Below, one piece after another: positions 34,981 through 48,379 of a stretch of DNA of 64,000 nt (position 1 is its first letter; each line of letters begins with the position of its first letter). The notes under the pieces were generated by a model. The model did no database searches, was not told the origin of the DNA, and worked only from the letters and a program-made list of their open reading frames with translations. This DNA comes from Squalus acanthias (Eukaryota), in NCBI GenBank assembly GCA_030390025.1, contig CM059438.1:71178001-71242000 (forward strand). The letters run 5' to 3'. A program made the translations under genes and the position numbers.

Positions 34981-37440
34981 TGCAATGCAAGTATCAGGTG
35001 AATAGTACAGATAGTGTGTTGTTATCAAACTGAAATTTAACCTAGTTTTCTTACTTTAAAACTGTAAGTTAGTGGCAGTTAACAGTTAATCAGCTAGGTT
35101 CCTGACTAGGTGTTAACTTTTGTGGCTGGCTTATTGTAACTTGTGTGTTTCTAAAATGTATATATTAGAGGGATATCTGCTGAAGCAAAGAGCGGTGCAA
35201 ATCTGCTAAATGGCAAGGCTTGCTAAACAGAGTAGCAACAGGAATTTGGTGAGAGTGGGAATTTGGTGCAGAGGGGGAAGCAGGTGTTATGTAATTTAAA
35301 CCAAGGGACAACAGTAAATATAATCGGAGTAATTAATTAGATCTAAGGGGATAAAATTAAAATTAACTAAGTAGAGGATACCAACATTAAAGGGATCCAA
35401 ATTACATTAAATAAAAATAGAGTATACATAAATAATTAAATAATAAATAAGAGTAAGGGGATATATGCAAAATTATGGTACAGCTGAGATCCATTGCCTG
35501 CAATTCCTATGCCTTGTGGGAACTCCACGATAGTTCATCTGTCCTGGATAACCATGTGTGCAGGAAGTGCCTCCAGTTGCTTGAACTCAAGCTCAGGATT
35601 TCTGAGCTCGAGGAGCGGCTGGAGTCACTGCAGGGCATACGGGAGGCTGAAAATTTCCTGGAGCACACGTTCCAGGAGGTGATCACCCCGCAACTCCAGA
35701 AAGTCCAGGAGGTTAGTGGGTGGGTGGCCATCCAGCAGGGTAGGAAGAGGCAGGCAATGCAGGAGTCTCCCAGGAGTGTGCCACTCTCAAACCTGTTTTC
35801 AATGCTGATTTCCAGTGAGGGTGACGACACCTGGGGGAGTGCGGTCTAGAGCACATCCACATCATCATGGGTCAAATGACTGCACTTGTGGGCACAGTAA
35901 AGTGTAGAAATGCAGTGGTCATAGGGGATACGATAGTCAGGGGGATAGACAGACGTTTCTACAACTGCTGATGCGAGTCTTGCATGTGTTGCCTCCCTGG
36001 TGCCAGGGTAAAGGACTTTGCTGAAAGGATGCAGAACATTTTGTGGGGGAAGGGAAACAGCTAGAAGTCATGGTCCATGTTGGAATCAATGATGTAGGTA
36101 GGAAAAGGGTTGAGGTCCTACAGACAGTTTCAGGAGCTAGGGAGGAAGTTAAAGAACAGGACCTCTAAGGTAGTAATCTCTGGATTACTCCCAGTGCCAC
36201 GTACTAGTGAGTATAAGAGCAGTAATATAAGACAGGTTAACACGTGGCTGGAGAAATGGTGCAGGAGGGAGGGCTTCAGATTCCTGGGGCATTGGGACCA
36301 GTTCTGGGGCAGGAGGGACCTGTACAAGATAGATGGGTTGCACCTCAACAGGGCTGGGACCAATGTCCTCGCAGGGAGGTTAACTAAGTGCTGTGGAGGA
36401 GGGTTTAAACTAATTTTGCAGGGGGAGGGCACCAGGATGAAGTATTAGAGAGGAGAGTGCATAGAGGACTGGGAGAGACAAACAGCATCAGAATAAAGAG
36501 TAGTTCAGAAATAGGAGGGATCAGATGGGGGAGAAATGCAAGGCAGACTAAGATAGGTTTAGATTGCATGTATGTAAATGACCAGAGCATGGTAAATAAG
36601 GTTGGTGAGCTGCAGGTACAAGTCGGCAACTGGGATAATGATATACTGGCAATAATCAAGACATGGTTCAAACAAGGGGAGGAATGGGCACTTAATATTC
36701 CTGGCTACAATGTCTTCAGGAAAGGTAGAGAAGGAAAAATAGGAGGGGGTGGCAGTATTGATCAAAGATTCTGTTACAGCACTAGAAAGGGTTTGAGGGT
36801 TTTATACTTGAGGGTTTACAGACAGAATCAATTTGGTTAGAATTAATGAACAATAGAGGAGCTATTACGCCGTTGGATGTATACTATAGGCCACCAAATA
36901 GTGGGCACGAGATGGAGGAGCAAATTTACGGGCAAATTGCAGAAGGTTGCAAGAACTACAGAGTTATGATAATGGGAGGCTTCAATTATCCTAATATAGA
37001 CTGGGAAAATAACAGTGTAAAGGGCAAAGAGGGGGAGGAATTTCTGAAATATGTACAAGCGAATTTTCTGGATCAGTATGTTTACAGCCCAATGAGGAAG
37101 GAAGCAGTGCTGGACCTAGTTCTGACAAATGAAGTGGGGCAAGTTGAGGCATGTTTCAGTGGGAGAGCATTTGGGAAACAGTGATCACAATATCATTAGG
37201 TTTAGAATAGTTAAGGAATAATCAAATGTGAAAATATTCAACTGGAGGAGAGCTAATTTCAGTGAGTTGAAAAGGAATTTGGCCCAGGCGGATTGGAGTC
37301 AATGATTGGCAGGTAAAAAAGTAAATGAGCAATGGGAAGTTTTCAAAGAGGAGATAGTTTGGGTACAGATTCGACAGATTCCCACGAGGGGAAAAGAAAG
37401 TGCCTCCAAAGCTAGAGCTCCATGGATGGCTAAAGATATA

Positions 37441-38173
37441 GGGCCGTATTTTCCGATCGGAGGCTTCCCGCGTGCGGAGGCCTCCGATCTGGAAAAGATC
37501 TCCGCACTTACCTGAGGGCTCCCGAGGTGCGTATAGTTCTGATCCTGGGCCTCTCCAATCTCCAAGTGTGCAGGGCCTACGTATCCCAGAGGCGTATGCA
37601 GTTCGCAAGCGTCCCTGGGATCACGTGGGCCATGGGGAGCCAATCAAAGAAGGGAATCTCCCTTCATACACTTGACAGATAGACCTGTCAAATATATGAA
37701 TGAAGATCACCCCAAAAACACTGTAAAACATTCAATAAATTTAAAAAAGACATCACATTTTTAAAATTAGTTGAAATTACAATAAATTAAATATTTTAAA
37801 CAAAAATTTAATTTTTTGAAACAAATAATTAAAGTTTTTTACGGGGCTATAAATAAACGTAACTTTTTTTAAAGAATTTTTAAATGATAAATGAGTGAAA
37901 ATTAAAAAAAAACTTTTTTCAACTCTTATCCTGGTAAAAGCAGGCCTTATTCTAAGGGTTTTCTGCGGGTGGAGTGTCTCCTGAAAGCGGAACTATCTGC
38001 CTGCAGAGGCCCTTCTCCAGGGCAGGCGTCCGATATGTCAAAAGCATTCTTGACAGATCGGAAATGTCGGTTTTCAGTGCATGCGCTGTGCATACCTGAA
38101 ACCAGCATTTCCGATGTCCCTACGTGTGTGTACACAGTGCGTACACACCCGTAGGGATCGGAATATCCAGCCC
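37441..38173. mobile_element. PIF/Harbinger-type MITE inserted in CR1 ORF2
   Basis: TIR GGGCCGTATTTTCCGATC versus revcomp GGGCTGGATATTCCGATC. The 3-bp TSD ATA is confirmed by the empty site AAAGAT-ATA-GAGATT in the CR1 copy at about 593-607. Confidence 0.88.
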
Positions 38174-39178
38174 ATAGAGATTAAAATGAAACAGAAAAAG
38201 GATGCTTATGATAAATGTTCGATTCATAATTCAGTAGAGAACCAAGCTGAATACAAAAAGTACAGGGGAGAACTGAAAATGAAAATAAGAGGGGCAAAGA
38301 GAGTGTATGAGAATAGATTCGTGATTAATATAAAAAGGAACCCAAAAAGTCTTTTATAAACATATAAATAGTAAAAGGGTAGTCAAAGGAAGGGTGTGGC
38401 TGATTAGGGATCAAAAAGGCGATCTTCTTGTGGAGGCAGAGGGAATGGCTGAGGTACTTTGCATCTGTCTTCACTAAAGAAGAGGATGGTGACAATGTAA
38501 CAGTAACAAAGGAGGTAGTAGCGATATTGGATAGGGTAAAAATCGATAAAAAGGAAGTACTTAAAAGTTTGGCAGTACTCAAAATAGAAAAGTCACCCGG
38601 TCTGGATGGGATGCATCCTAAGTTACAGAGGGAACTAAGGGTGAAAATTGTGAAGGCTCTGGCCACAATCCTCCAATCCTCCTTAGATATGGGAGTGGTG
38701 CCAGAGGACTGGAGAATTGCAAATGTTACACCCCGGTTCAAAAAAAGAGGAGAGGAATAAACCCGACAATTACAGACCAGTCAGCTTGACGTCGGTGTTG
38801 GGGAAACTTTTAGAGATATTAAGCTGGGACAAAATTAATCGGCACTTGAAAAAATATGGGTTAATAAATGAAAGCCAGCATGGATTTATTAAAGGGAAAT
38901 CATGTTTGACTAACTTGATTGAGTTTTTTGATGAAGTAATGGAAAGGGTGGATGAGGGTAGTGCGGTTGATGTGTATATGGACTTTCCAAAGGTGTTTGA
39001 TAAAGTACAACATAATAGACTTGTTAGCAAAATTGAAGCCCATGGGATTAAAGGGGCATTAGCTGTATGGGTACAAAATTGGCTGAGGGACAGAAAGCAG
39101 AGAGTAATGGTGAGCGGTTATTTTTCAGACACTCCACTTCAAACTGGAGTGGTGTCCCCCAGGGGTCGGTATTGGGAC

Positions 39179-39295
39179 CAATGTTCCCTGTAAGTTGTGT
39201 GGCTGCGCAGCCCTCCAGGGAACCCGCGCAGCCGGCTTGTCTGCTTTTCAATACAAAAACTGCGCATGCGCCAAAGAAAATTAGAGGGAACATTG
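39179..39295. mobile_element. 117-bp hAT-type MITE inserted in the CR1 RT
   Basis: TIR CAATGTTCCCT(G/C)TAA (14/15). 8-bp TSD ATTGGGAC / GTTGGAAC (6/8) interrupting the SVLGP motif. Confidence 0.8.
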
Positions 39296-40056
39296 GTTGG
39301 AACCACTGCCCTTTTTGTTATATATTAATGACCTGGACCTGGTTAGACATGGATATAATTTCAAAGTTTGCAGATGACACAAAACTCGGAAATGTAATAA
39401 AGAGTGAGGAGGATAGTAACAGACTTCAGGAGGACATAGACAGACTGGTGAAATGGGCAGACACATGGCAGATGAAATTTAATGCAGAGAAGTGTGAAGT
39501 GATTCATTTTGGTCGGAAGAATGAGGAGAGGCAACATGAACAAAATGGTACAATTTTAAAGGGGGTGCAGGAACAGAGAGACCTGGGGGTGTATGGCCAC
39601 AAGTCTTTGAGGGTGGCAGGACAAATTGAGAAGGCTGTTTAAAAGGGCATGCGGGGTCCTTGGCTTTATAAATAGAGTACACAAGCAAGGAAGTTATGCT
39701 AAACCTTTATAAATCGCTGGTTAGGCCCCAGCTGGAGCATTATGGCCTAATCTGGGCACCATACTTTAGGAAGGATGCTAAGGCATTAGAGAGGGTGCAG
39801 AGGAGATTTACCAAAATGATACCAGGAATGCGAGACTTCACTTACGTGGAGAGACTAGAGAAACTGGAGTTGTTCTACTTAGAGGAGAGAAGGTTAAGGG
39901 CAGATTTGATAGAGGTGTTCATAATCTTGAAGGGTTTTAACAGAATAAATAAGGAGAAACTGTTTCCAGTAGCAGAACGGTCAGTAACCAGAAGATGTAC
40001 AGATTTAACAAAAAAAGCAAAATACCAACTTAATACAGATTTAACACAAGCAAAAT

Positions 40057-40937
40057 GCCACCAGTTCCAACATAATCCCACCACCAAACACATCTTCCCC
40101 TCCTCTTTCAGCATTCCAAAGGGACCGTTCCCTCCGCGACACCCTGGTCCACGCCTCAATCACCCCCAACACCCCCTTCTCTTCCTACGGCACCTTCTCG
40201 GGCAAGCGCAGGAGATGCAACACCTGCCCTTTTATCTCCTCCCTTCCCACTGTCCAGGGCCCTAAACACTCTTTCCAGGTGAAACAGCAATTTACTTGTA
40301 CTTCTTTCAATTTGGTATACTGTATTCACTGCTCATGATGCGGTCTCCCTCTACACTGGGGAGACCAAAGGCAGATTGGGTGCCCGCTTTGTGAAACACC
40401 TCCGTTCAGTCCGCAAGCGTGAACCCGAGCTTCCAGTCGCCTGTCAATTTAATTCTCCGCTCCACTCCCACTCTGACCTCTCAGTCCTCAGCCTCCTACA
40501 CCGTTCCAATGAAGCTCAACGTAAGCTCGAGGAACAGCACCTCATATTTCGATTTGGCACTTTATAGCCTTCAACACTGAGTTCAACAATTTCAGATCAA
40601 AACTTCTGCCATCATTTTTTCAGATGGCAGCTGTTGGATGATTCTGCCATTCCCATTTACACCTCTTTTGTTTCTTTACTTGTCCCATTACCATCTCCTT
40701 TTGCCTTGTACAATCATATCTATTCTCATTTAATCTTTCCTCCCTTCCACCCTATCACAGACCTTCCCTTTTGTTCTTTCATCCCCTCCCCGCTTTCCCT
40801 GCCCCTGCACTTGCTTAAAATCTGTTACATCTCTAACATATTCCAGTTCTGATGAAAGGTCATCGACTTGAACTCTGTTTCTGTCTCCACAGATGCTGCC
40901 TGATCTGCTGAGTATTTCCAGCATTTTCTGTTTTTAT
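40057..40937 (+). mobile_element. 5'-truncated Penelope-like element nested in the CR1 3' end
   Basis: Reverse complement of 50972-51900, with GIY-YIG remnants (YTGETK..., HLRSV...PVACQFN) and a pLTR. TSD TACAGATTTAA (39998-40008, 40938-40948). Confidence 0.9.
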
Positions 40938-41732
40938 TACAGATTTAAGGTGATTGGCAAAAGAACCAGAGGTGACATGCGGAAACATTTTTCAGGCAGC
41001 GAGCTATGATCTGGAATGCACTGACTGAAAGGGTGGTGGAAGCAGATTCAATAATAACTTTCAAAAGCGAATTGGATAAACACTTGAAAAGGAAACATTT
41101 GCTGGGCTATGGGGCAAGAGCAGGGGAGTGGGACTAATTGGATAGCTCTTAAGAGCCTGCACAGGCATGTTGGGCTGAATGGCCTCCTTCTGTGATGTAT
41201 CATTCTATGATTCTATGATCAGAAAGGAGCACACTATCTGATAAAAAGTGAGTATTATTTTGAAAATTTAAGCAGGTAAAAATGATTCTTATTACCACTA
41301 ACATTCTTTTGATTGGAAGTACTTGATGGAATAAGGTATTGAATCTTGAAGACTGATGGAATTGATTATCATTGGAAACTTCCATTAACCCAGAGGACCT
41401 CAGTGATATGTCATATTGAAAGTGTGTGTGTGTGCATGTGTGCTTGTTCCATTCTTCTATAGGGACAGAAACTTCTGTCAGTCAGTCTCCTCAGTGAGAT
41501 AATCAATACTCTCCATACAAACTCAATCATATGATCAGTAGATATCAACACCCCACTCTATAGATGCCTCTGCCACTGGACTTGCTATTCAGCCCTCCAT
41601 AACCGGCACACTGTGTTTGCAGTATGTACAATTTGTAGGACGCGTTACAGCAGCTCACCAAAGTTACTTCAACAGCACCTCCCTCCCCTGCAACCTCTAC
41701 CACCAAGAATGACAAAGTCATGGGAACACATC

Positions 41733-42607
41733 GGGGGCGATTTTGCCGGCGCTCAGGGGTCGGGTTTGGAGGCGGGACTGCTGGCAAAATCAAAAAGATT
41801 GGCAGCGGGTCCCGAACCCACTTCCAACCCGCCTCCAATCAATCTTCCCGGGAGTCGGGTCCCCGATTTGCGCAGGGACCCGACTCCTAGCGGCAGGAAG
41901 AGGATTATAGCCACTTAACTGCTTGTTAACAGGTAGTTAACAGACAGTTAAGAGGCTTTTTCCAATTTTGGCACTTCTACTGCGGGCTTCCCGACGTCGG
42001 GAAACCCTGCCAGGGTAAGTGTGGCGTGCTGTGGGTCTACTGTAATGTTTGTGTATAGATGACAGCTGCAGAAGTGGTGTGAAGGATCCAATGGGACACT
42101 GGTGAGTTCCAAGGTAAGAAAATGTTGGGAAAGTCATTTTTAATGTGTTTAGAATTTTCTGTACATGACAAGCTTTGAAGTGTTTGTGTAGTCCCACCTC
42201 ATTGGGAGAACCTCTCTCACCAGTGACTGATCATTTCTGTAACCTCACCTGCAGCTGCCATCTGTTTTAGCCTAAGGAGAGAGTCACTGGAGAGCCTGGG
42301 TGCAAGGGCTCACCTTTGTACAGTGATTGTCAGTGTTTGCAGCACCTCAATGCTGTCAAACACTGAAAAAATCATGTCAAAAAGAAATGGTGGTGGCCCT
42401 TTAAGAAAACTGGCAGATGACGCATCATCAACTGACGTCATCTGACACCGGCTTTCTCTTAATTGGCCAGCAAGCCCACAGGGCGGGCTTAACAAGGCCA
42501 ATTGATGCAAAATAGTGTCTGTGCGTCGGACGTCGCTGGGGGCGGGACTAGAAGCCGAAAGGCAGCAGTCCCGCCCCCAACGCGCCTCTTCAGGTAAGAT
42601 CCCGGCC
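41733..42607. mobile_element. GC-rich MITE (Harbinger-like) inserted in a family B LINE tail fragment
   Basis: Degenerate TIR GGGGGCGATTTTGCC versus revcomp GGCCGGGATCTTACC. Flanks ATC / ATG. The host sequence resumes at 42608. Confidence 0.65.
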
Positions 42608-43927
42608 ATGATCTCCGATTTCCCCTACTAGTCACACAGCATCTCAAGTTGGAAAAGTACTGCCATTTCTTCATCGTCACTGGCCCAATATCCTGGAATT
42701 CCCTACCAAACATCATTGTGGGAGCCACAAGGACTGCAGCGGTTCAAGGAGAAGGCGGCCAATACCATCTGGACACACCACCCAAACAAATTTTTTTTAA
42801 AGTTCAAGTATATCATAATTAATGAAAGATTGAGTCGAATAAGTGGTGAAGATAGTAGGAATGTACTAATTTAATAGAGCTGTGCATAAATTATTGCCAC
42901 ACCTGACGTGAGTGCACGAATACTGCCTCATGATTTTTTTTCTACCCCACAGTGGCCAGCAAGGAAAACAGCCTAAGCATTCACATCGGGACTTTAGTAG
43001 TTTTAAAACAGATTCCAATGGGCAGGGCCATGTAGTTCGGGGAAGTGATTTGGCACAGTGCAACATCTCATGACAAATCCTGTAAATGTCTACACTTGCA
43101 GTGCAACTTGATGCCTGGGTATCCCATTTTCTGCATAAAAATTCCCAGAGGCAATAAAAACGCTGAATGATAACAAATCACTTGTTCAACCTGCAGGCTA
43201 CAAATCGTCAAACTTAGCACAATTGGCATCTGGATACCGAGACAAAATTGCTGCCTTCAAATGCGCTGCTTTATTTTGTGTTATTTGACCAGCTAATGAA
43301 GTTAATTGGAGAGCATGGAGGTGGTTGCTGGTGAAGGAGATTGCTTCTTTAGTGCAGCAGCTTGACATCTGTTTTTTTTTGGCAGTTTGAATTGAAGTCC
43401 AGGATTTACAAGAACGATATGTATTGGAACAAGTGACTGGGAGATACCTCGAGGTATCTGGTGATGCTAAAAAAATATTTCCAGTGTCTCATTTGCTTTG
43501 ATGTGGTAACTTTACTGGCAGCTTGGAAACTATGAGCATAGTATGGAAATAATGCAATTAGGGTATGACAGCTACTGAGGACATTTGGCCTGTGCAATGA
43601 TCGTATAGAGTGAAAAGCATAACTGTGAAAGTTTTAAAAGTTTCCCATTATATCATATGCATTGCATGTGTCACATTAAGATCAAAGTCAGAGAACTGCA
43701 GCAATCACAGAAGTAACAAAACACATCTGCTATAACTAACCAAATCATTATTGATCTGTTGATATGAATCAACATTCCTAATCACCTTTAATTAATACTT
43801 TGGGAGGGATATTAGTAAATAAATAATTATCAATGTAATCAATACATTATAATAAATGAATGTGTTATATGTAATAAATAAACAAGACTACAACCTTACA
43901 TTGAATAAATAAGTCAAAATTATTTTA

Positions 43928-44090
43928 AAAAAAGCAAAGCAAAATACTGGAATATACATATATTGGAAATCTGAAATAAAAAGAGAAAATGCTGGGAAAC
44001 ACTCAGCAGGCCAGGCAGCATCTGTGAAGAAAGAAACAGAGTTAACGTTGCAGGTCGGTGACCTTTCATCAGAGCTGGAAGATGTACAGA
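43928..44090 (-). mobile_element. Family 1 pLTR fragment with a mutated hammerhead (GAAA>GCAA)
   Basis: Reverse complement of 2780-2925. Confidence 0.8.
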
Positions 44091-44229
44091 GCCGGGGAAA
44101 ATGGAATTTTATAAGGCTCTGGGCAGAAGGAGGAGGGAATCCACAGAAAACTTCACAGAAACTCCACCAGCATGTCAAAAAGGTGATCAGGAATACAAAG
44201 GGGAACTGGAAATGAGTATCGCTAAACAC

Positions 44230-45460
44230 AGCAACAAGAAGGTTGTCCAGTGACTGAACAGCAAGAGGGTTGTTAGAGAAGAGAAGTGAGTATCTCAAAG
44301 AAACTGAGGATGAGCAGAGAATAGTTAGTATATTCAATGAATGCTTTCTTGAAGCATTCCCTGGGGAAGAATGCAGCAACATGTCCCCATGTGACGGAAA
44401 TAATAAAGGATGACATTTGTGAAATGATGATAATCATTATGATGGAAGCAAAGATTGTTGGAAACCAACATTGTACCCATGATTCCAGAAAGAGGACAAA
44501 TCTAATGTGGGCAACTACAGACCTATCAGTTTAACACCAATACCTAGTGAACTAATGGAATCGATCACCAGGTGCAAACTTGAAGAGTACCTACATAAGA
44601 ATAATCTAGTACTTGTATGAGAATAATTGAATAAATACAAGCCAACGCCATTTTGGAAAGGAATGTTCCTGTCTGACAAACCTTCTTGACTTAATTTTGA
44701 TGAAGTGACATCCTAAGTGGACTGTGCAAGAGGGTGTGGTGTACTTAGATTTCCAAAAGGCCTTCAATGACGTTCCTAATGAAATCTGCTATCAAAGCTG
44801 AAACCTGAATTAAAGCCAGAACCTGGGTGTGTGTAAGGAATTTGTTGAAAGAAGGGAAACAGTAGGTTTCCATTAGAGAGGTGAAGTCAGGGTGGGGAGG
44901 AGAACTGAGTTGAGTGTCTTGTGCTTCAGTGCTAGGGCCCAATCTATATTAATTGATTTAGATGCAGAATCCCAATGCAAACTGGTCAACTTCACAGATG
45001 ATACTAAACTACGGAAGACAGTTGAGATGAACAAAGCAGGCAGGCACATACAAAAGGAATTAGATAAAATCTGCACTTGAGCAAATCAGTGGCAGATGAA
45101 AGTTGATACAAGTAAGTGTAAGGTATTTCACATTGGCAGGGAAAATAGATGTCATAAATATACTATGGGCATGATAGTAGATTTGCTGTCAAATCACTGT
45201 GCGGCAGCAATAAACAAAGTGAATAGAGTGATTAATTATATTGCTAGATTAGTTGAGTGTAAGTTGCAAGATGTCATACTAAAACTGTATAATAACCTGG
45301 ACAATATGCACCTTGAGTACTGTGTCCAGTTTTGATCAAGGGAAATATTCAAGCGATGGAATTGGTACAGAATAAAACCATAAAACTGTCCCCTAAGGTC
45401 AAAGATATGAAGAAAGAATGGAAAATGGGGGCTTATTAGCTATGAAAGGAGGCACCTGAT
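44230..45460 (+). mobile_element. Old degenerate CR1 ORF2 fragment
   Basis: NYRPISLT, YLDFQKAF, NFTDDTKL and HLEYCVQF remnants. Confidence 0.75.
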
Positions 45461-45692
45461 TAGAACATTGTTTGACTTCTTTTACAAGGTAGTAGTTAAA
45501 CCATCTAACCTATAGTTACCTATGTTAAAAGTGTGTAAGAAATGGTAGCATCTGTTATCCATCATTTAAGTAGTTATTCTAATACTGTGGTACTGAATGG
45601 AATATCCATTTTTAAGATATGTAATCGTTTAATTGCCCATAAAATACAGGAAATTACTTCATTTTATTATGTGTAACTTTAAATGATACATT

Positions 45693-46436
45693 GGCCCAAA
45701 AATTGCTGTCAAAATAACGACAAAGCTAATAGCAATCGCCATTATTTATGTGCAAATGCCACAGCAACTTCAGGCGAGGGCAGATGCGCGATTAAATGCG
45801 GAAATCGAGAAGTTGCTGTCGGAGATGTGCCGCTCCGCTGTTAGCTTTGCAAAAATGGCATCTCCCTGTCTGGCTCCCCGTTCAAATGCATTGAACGGCA
45901 GATACAAAGTAAACTCACCACAGAAAGTTAAGTCAAGTCATTTCAAGTCTAAGTACCCTTTTAACAACATGATAAGTGTTAATTACTGCCAGTCAACCTC
46001 TCTGATACTGAAAATTAACTATTACAAGTATGGAGTCTCATTCCTTCAGGTTTTAATTGTTGTTGGAGATTTAAAAAATATATACTTTTAGAAAACTTTT
46101 TGTTTCTGTCTCTTTTTTTCTCTCTCTCTTAATCCAATCTTTCTTTCCCTTTCTATTTCTGTACCTGATTTGACATTGAATTCACCATTCTAACTTACAC
46201 TTCCTTCTTAGTCTTTACACTTTTAATTTTAGAATCCTTAATCTGATTGGTTAAGGAGATACACACATCTTTCCCTGCTCACTCAAATCCCAGATGCCCT
46301 GTAGAGGGCACTGCACCGTTTCCATCTTACACTTCCAGCAACTTGCAGGACAAAATATAATTGACATTAAATGGGCAAGGGCAGGTCCAACTAACAGTGG
46401 GTGCTGTTTGTTAGCCTGCCCAGCAATTTTGGGGCC
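45693..46436. mobile_element. PIF/Harbinger-like MITE
   Basis: TIR GGCCCAAAAATTGCTG versus revcomp GGCCCCAAAATTGCTG (15/16). Flanks ATT / AAT. Confidence 0.78.
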
Positions 46437-46880
46437 AATATATTTAGAATTTGATATAATTTTCTGATGAAACAAGGTTTTCATCTTTGCATAAAAAATC
46501 TTAACAAAAATTACAACCCCTTCAGTACAATGTCAGAATACTGATTTGCAAAGCACAGAACATAAGGGGTAAGAACAAGTAAAGGCCAAAAAGCTCACTT
46601 AGCCACTTCGGAGCATTTAAGTATACATACAAATGCCAATTTCATCTCATTTCCATTTTTGCAAATACAAGCTTTATTCTTTTGTTGCACAGTTAGGAAT
46701 TTTTCATTTTTATAAATATTAGAAACAGGTTCACAGTTACTTTACTTGGTTATACTTTAATAATACTTTAATAATTCTCTGTGTAAAGGAATTACTTCAT
46801 GTTTACTTATGCTCCCCTCTGCTTGTTTCCTTGCTCTCTTTTGATTCTGCACAAACATTTTTTTTCACAGAAACTCCCAT

Positions 46881-47130
46881 AATGGCTCGTGGGTAACTGC
46901 ACCACCTGTTGTGGTACTGAGGCATAAAAAGCATGGCGATCCCAGATTCAATCCCTGGTCTTTGCTGCCCTAACTGATTTCAGGTGCACCACGATTGGCC
47001 TCAGCATCCCTGGGTTATGGAAGGAAAGACATCATTCATGGTTCTTGATCCTAATTGCTATCGAGTGATTCCTGCTGGAAAGAGCATGTGTGAATGTTGG
47101 ATGAGGTAAGGCTCAGGCTTGGCAGCCGGC
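46881..47130 (+). mobile_element. Ancient tRNA-derived SINE (AmnSINE2-like by recall), 5' part
   Basis: A-box-like TGGCTCGTGGGT and B-box-like AGATTCAATCCC, then ATTGGCCTCAGCATCCCTGGG and GTGATTCCTGCTGGAAA shared with other copies. Confidence 0.45.
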
Positions 47131-48379
47131 ACACTTGCGAAGGGATCGGGCGTGGGAAATCGCAACCTGAATGTGGCCCCCCTAACGGCGATTTTATGCC
47201 CAATAAATGGACGCAACAATGTTGAATTTCTCCCTCAATGAGTCGCAATGTTTCTCAATTTTGTTCAGAGATCCCTCAACTTACTCTTGAAAATAAGTTC
47301 TCCCCTTCTCCATTTGTTCACCAACTCTGTAATTATTCCGGAACTGGGACAGTGTGCAAATGGCTAACTCCAAGGACTTTGCTGTAATTTGAAGATTGGA
47401 GAGGTGTAAGCACAGGTTACCTCAACCTCCAATACCTTATCCTTTGTTCTTTCTGGGGAGGACAGTTCACTGATTTCCTGGGCCAAATGAAAATCATTTT
47501 GTGAAGAATAGTGGATGTAAATGCATATCCCACACAAGTATCTCAATGCTTTATGGCACCTTCTGTTACTGTAGCTAACGTTTATCCAGGGCTTCAAAGG
47601 TTTGGAGCTCCTATCCAGTCTCCGTCTTGCTTTGCTTCTATAATTTGCAAAATTAAAAAAAAAATCCAAGCATTAGACCACTGAAGGACTATTTCCTGAT
47701 TTACCCAACTTTCGCTGTTCCACTTTTCAGCCTTGATTTGCTTTTAATTATGAGCCTTGAGCCTTCACCTAGACTTCTCAATTACAAAAATGCCCATCCA
47801 GCACCTATTATTTCACATGAATCTCATCCATACAGGTGAAATATGTTGGCATTTATTAAAGAATTTTAAAACACACTTGCAATTGTATCATAATGAGACC
47901 ACGGTCATAAGACAGTTTAGATATTTATTTAACATTATCAAAAATATATTTATAAAGTCCATCATGGGTCCACGTACTTGACTGTCTCCAACGTCTGTAC
48001 TAATCATTCAGTTTATGACAGTCATCCAGCATGGCTGACCTTTATTGTTTTATACACCTTCTCATAATGAGCTTTATTACTTGATTATACAGTAACTCTG
48101 GACACTCATCAAGGAAACATCCATTTAATCAATTGATTTACAGTAAGATCTACCATAAAGGCAGGGAATTATGTTAAGCTGTGCTATTTAGAGGTCTTTC
48201 CTATTAATTTCTAATTTATGCATGAAAGCCTGCTCAACCGTTTGGAGAACGGAAGTACCACAGAACAATAATGCTTCCTGTAATGAGTCAACGGATCTCA
48301 GCTGGGGTGCTCCAGTTGAGCTCAGCATCTCTAGGCTGGGGAAAGAAAAATTCTGCCAGCATTTCTTCTCCTAATCATT

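Larger units (their letters stand above)
34640..41219 (+). mobile_element. Near full-length decayed CR1 LINE: 5'UTR, ORF1 (Zn finger, coiled coil, SGNH esterase), ORF2 (APE endonuclease and RT), 3' tail
   Basis: ORF1 from 35475: CNSY...HVCRKCLQL and heptad leucines, VVIGDTIVRG (about 35914), VHVGINDVG, DGLHLN. ORF2 from about 36560: YYRPPNS, KSPGLDGMHP, NYRPVSLTS, QHGF, GVPQGSVLGP, FADD. Tail ATTCTATGATTCTATGA. Many frameshifts and four nested insertions. Confidence 0.9.
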
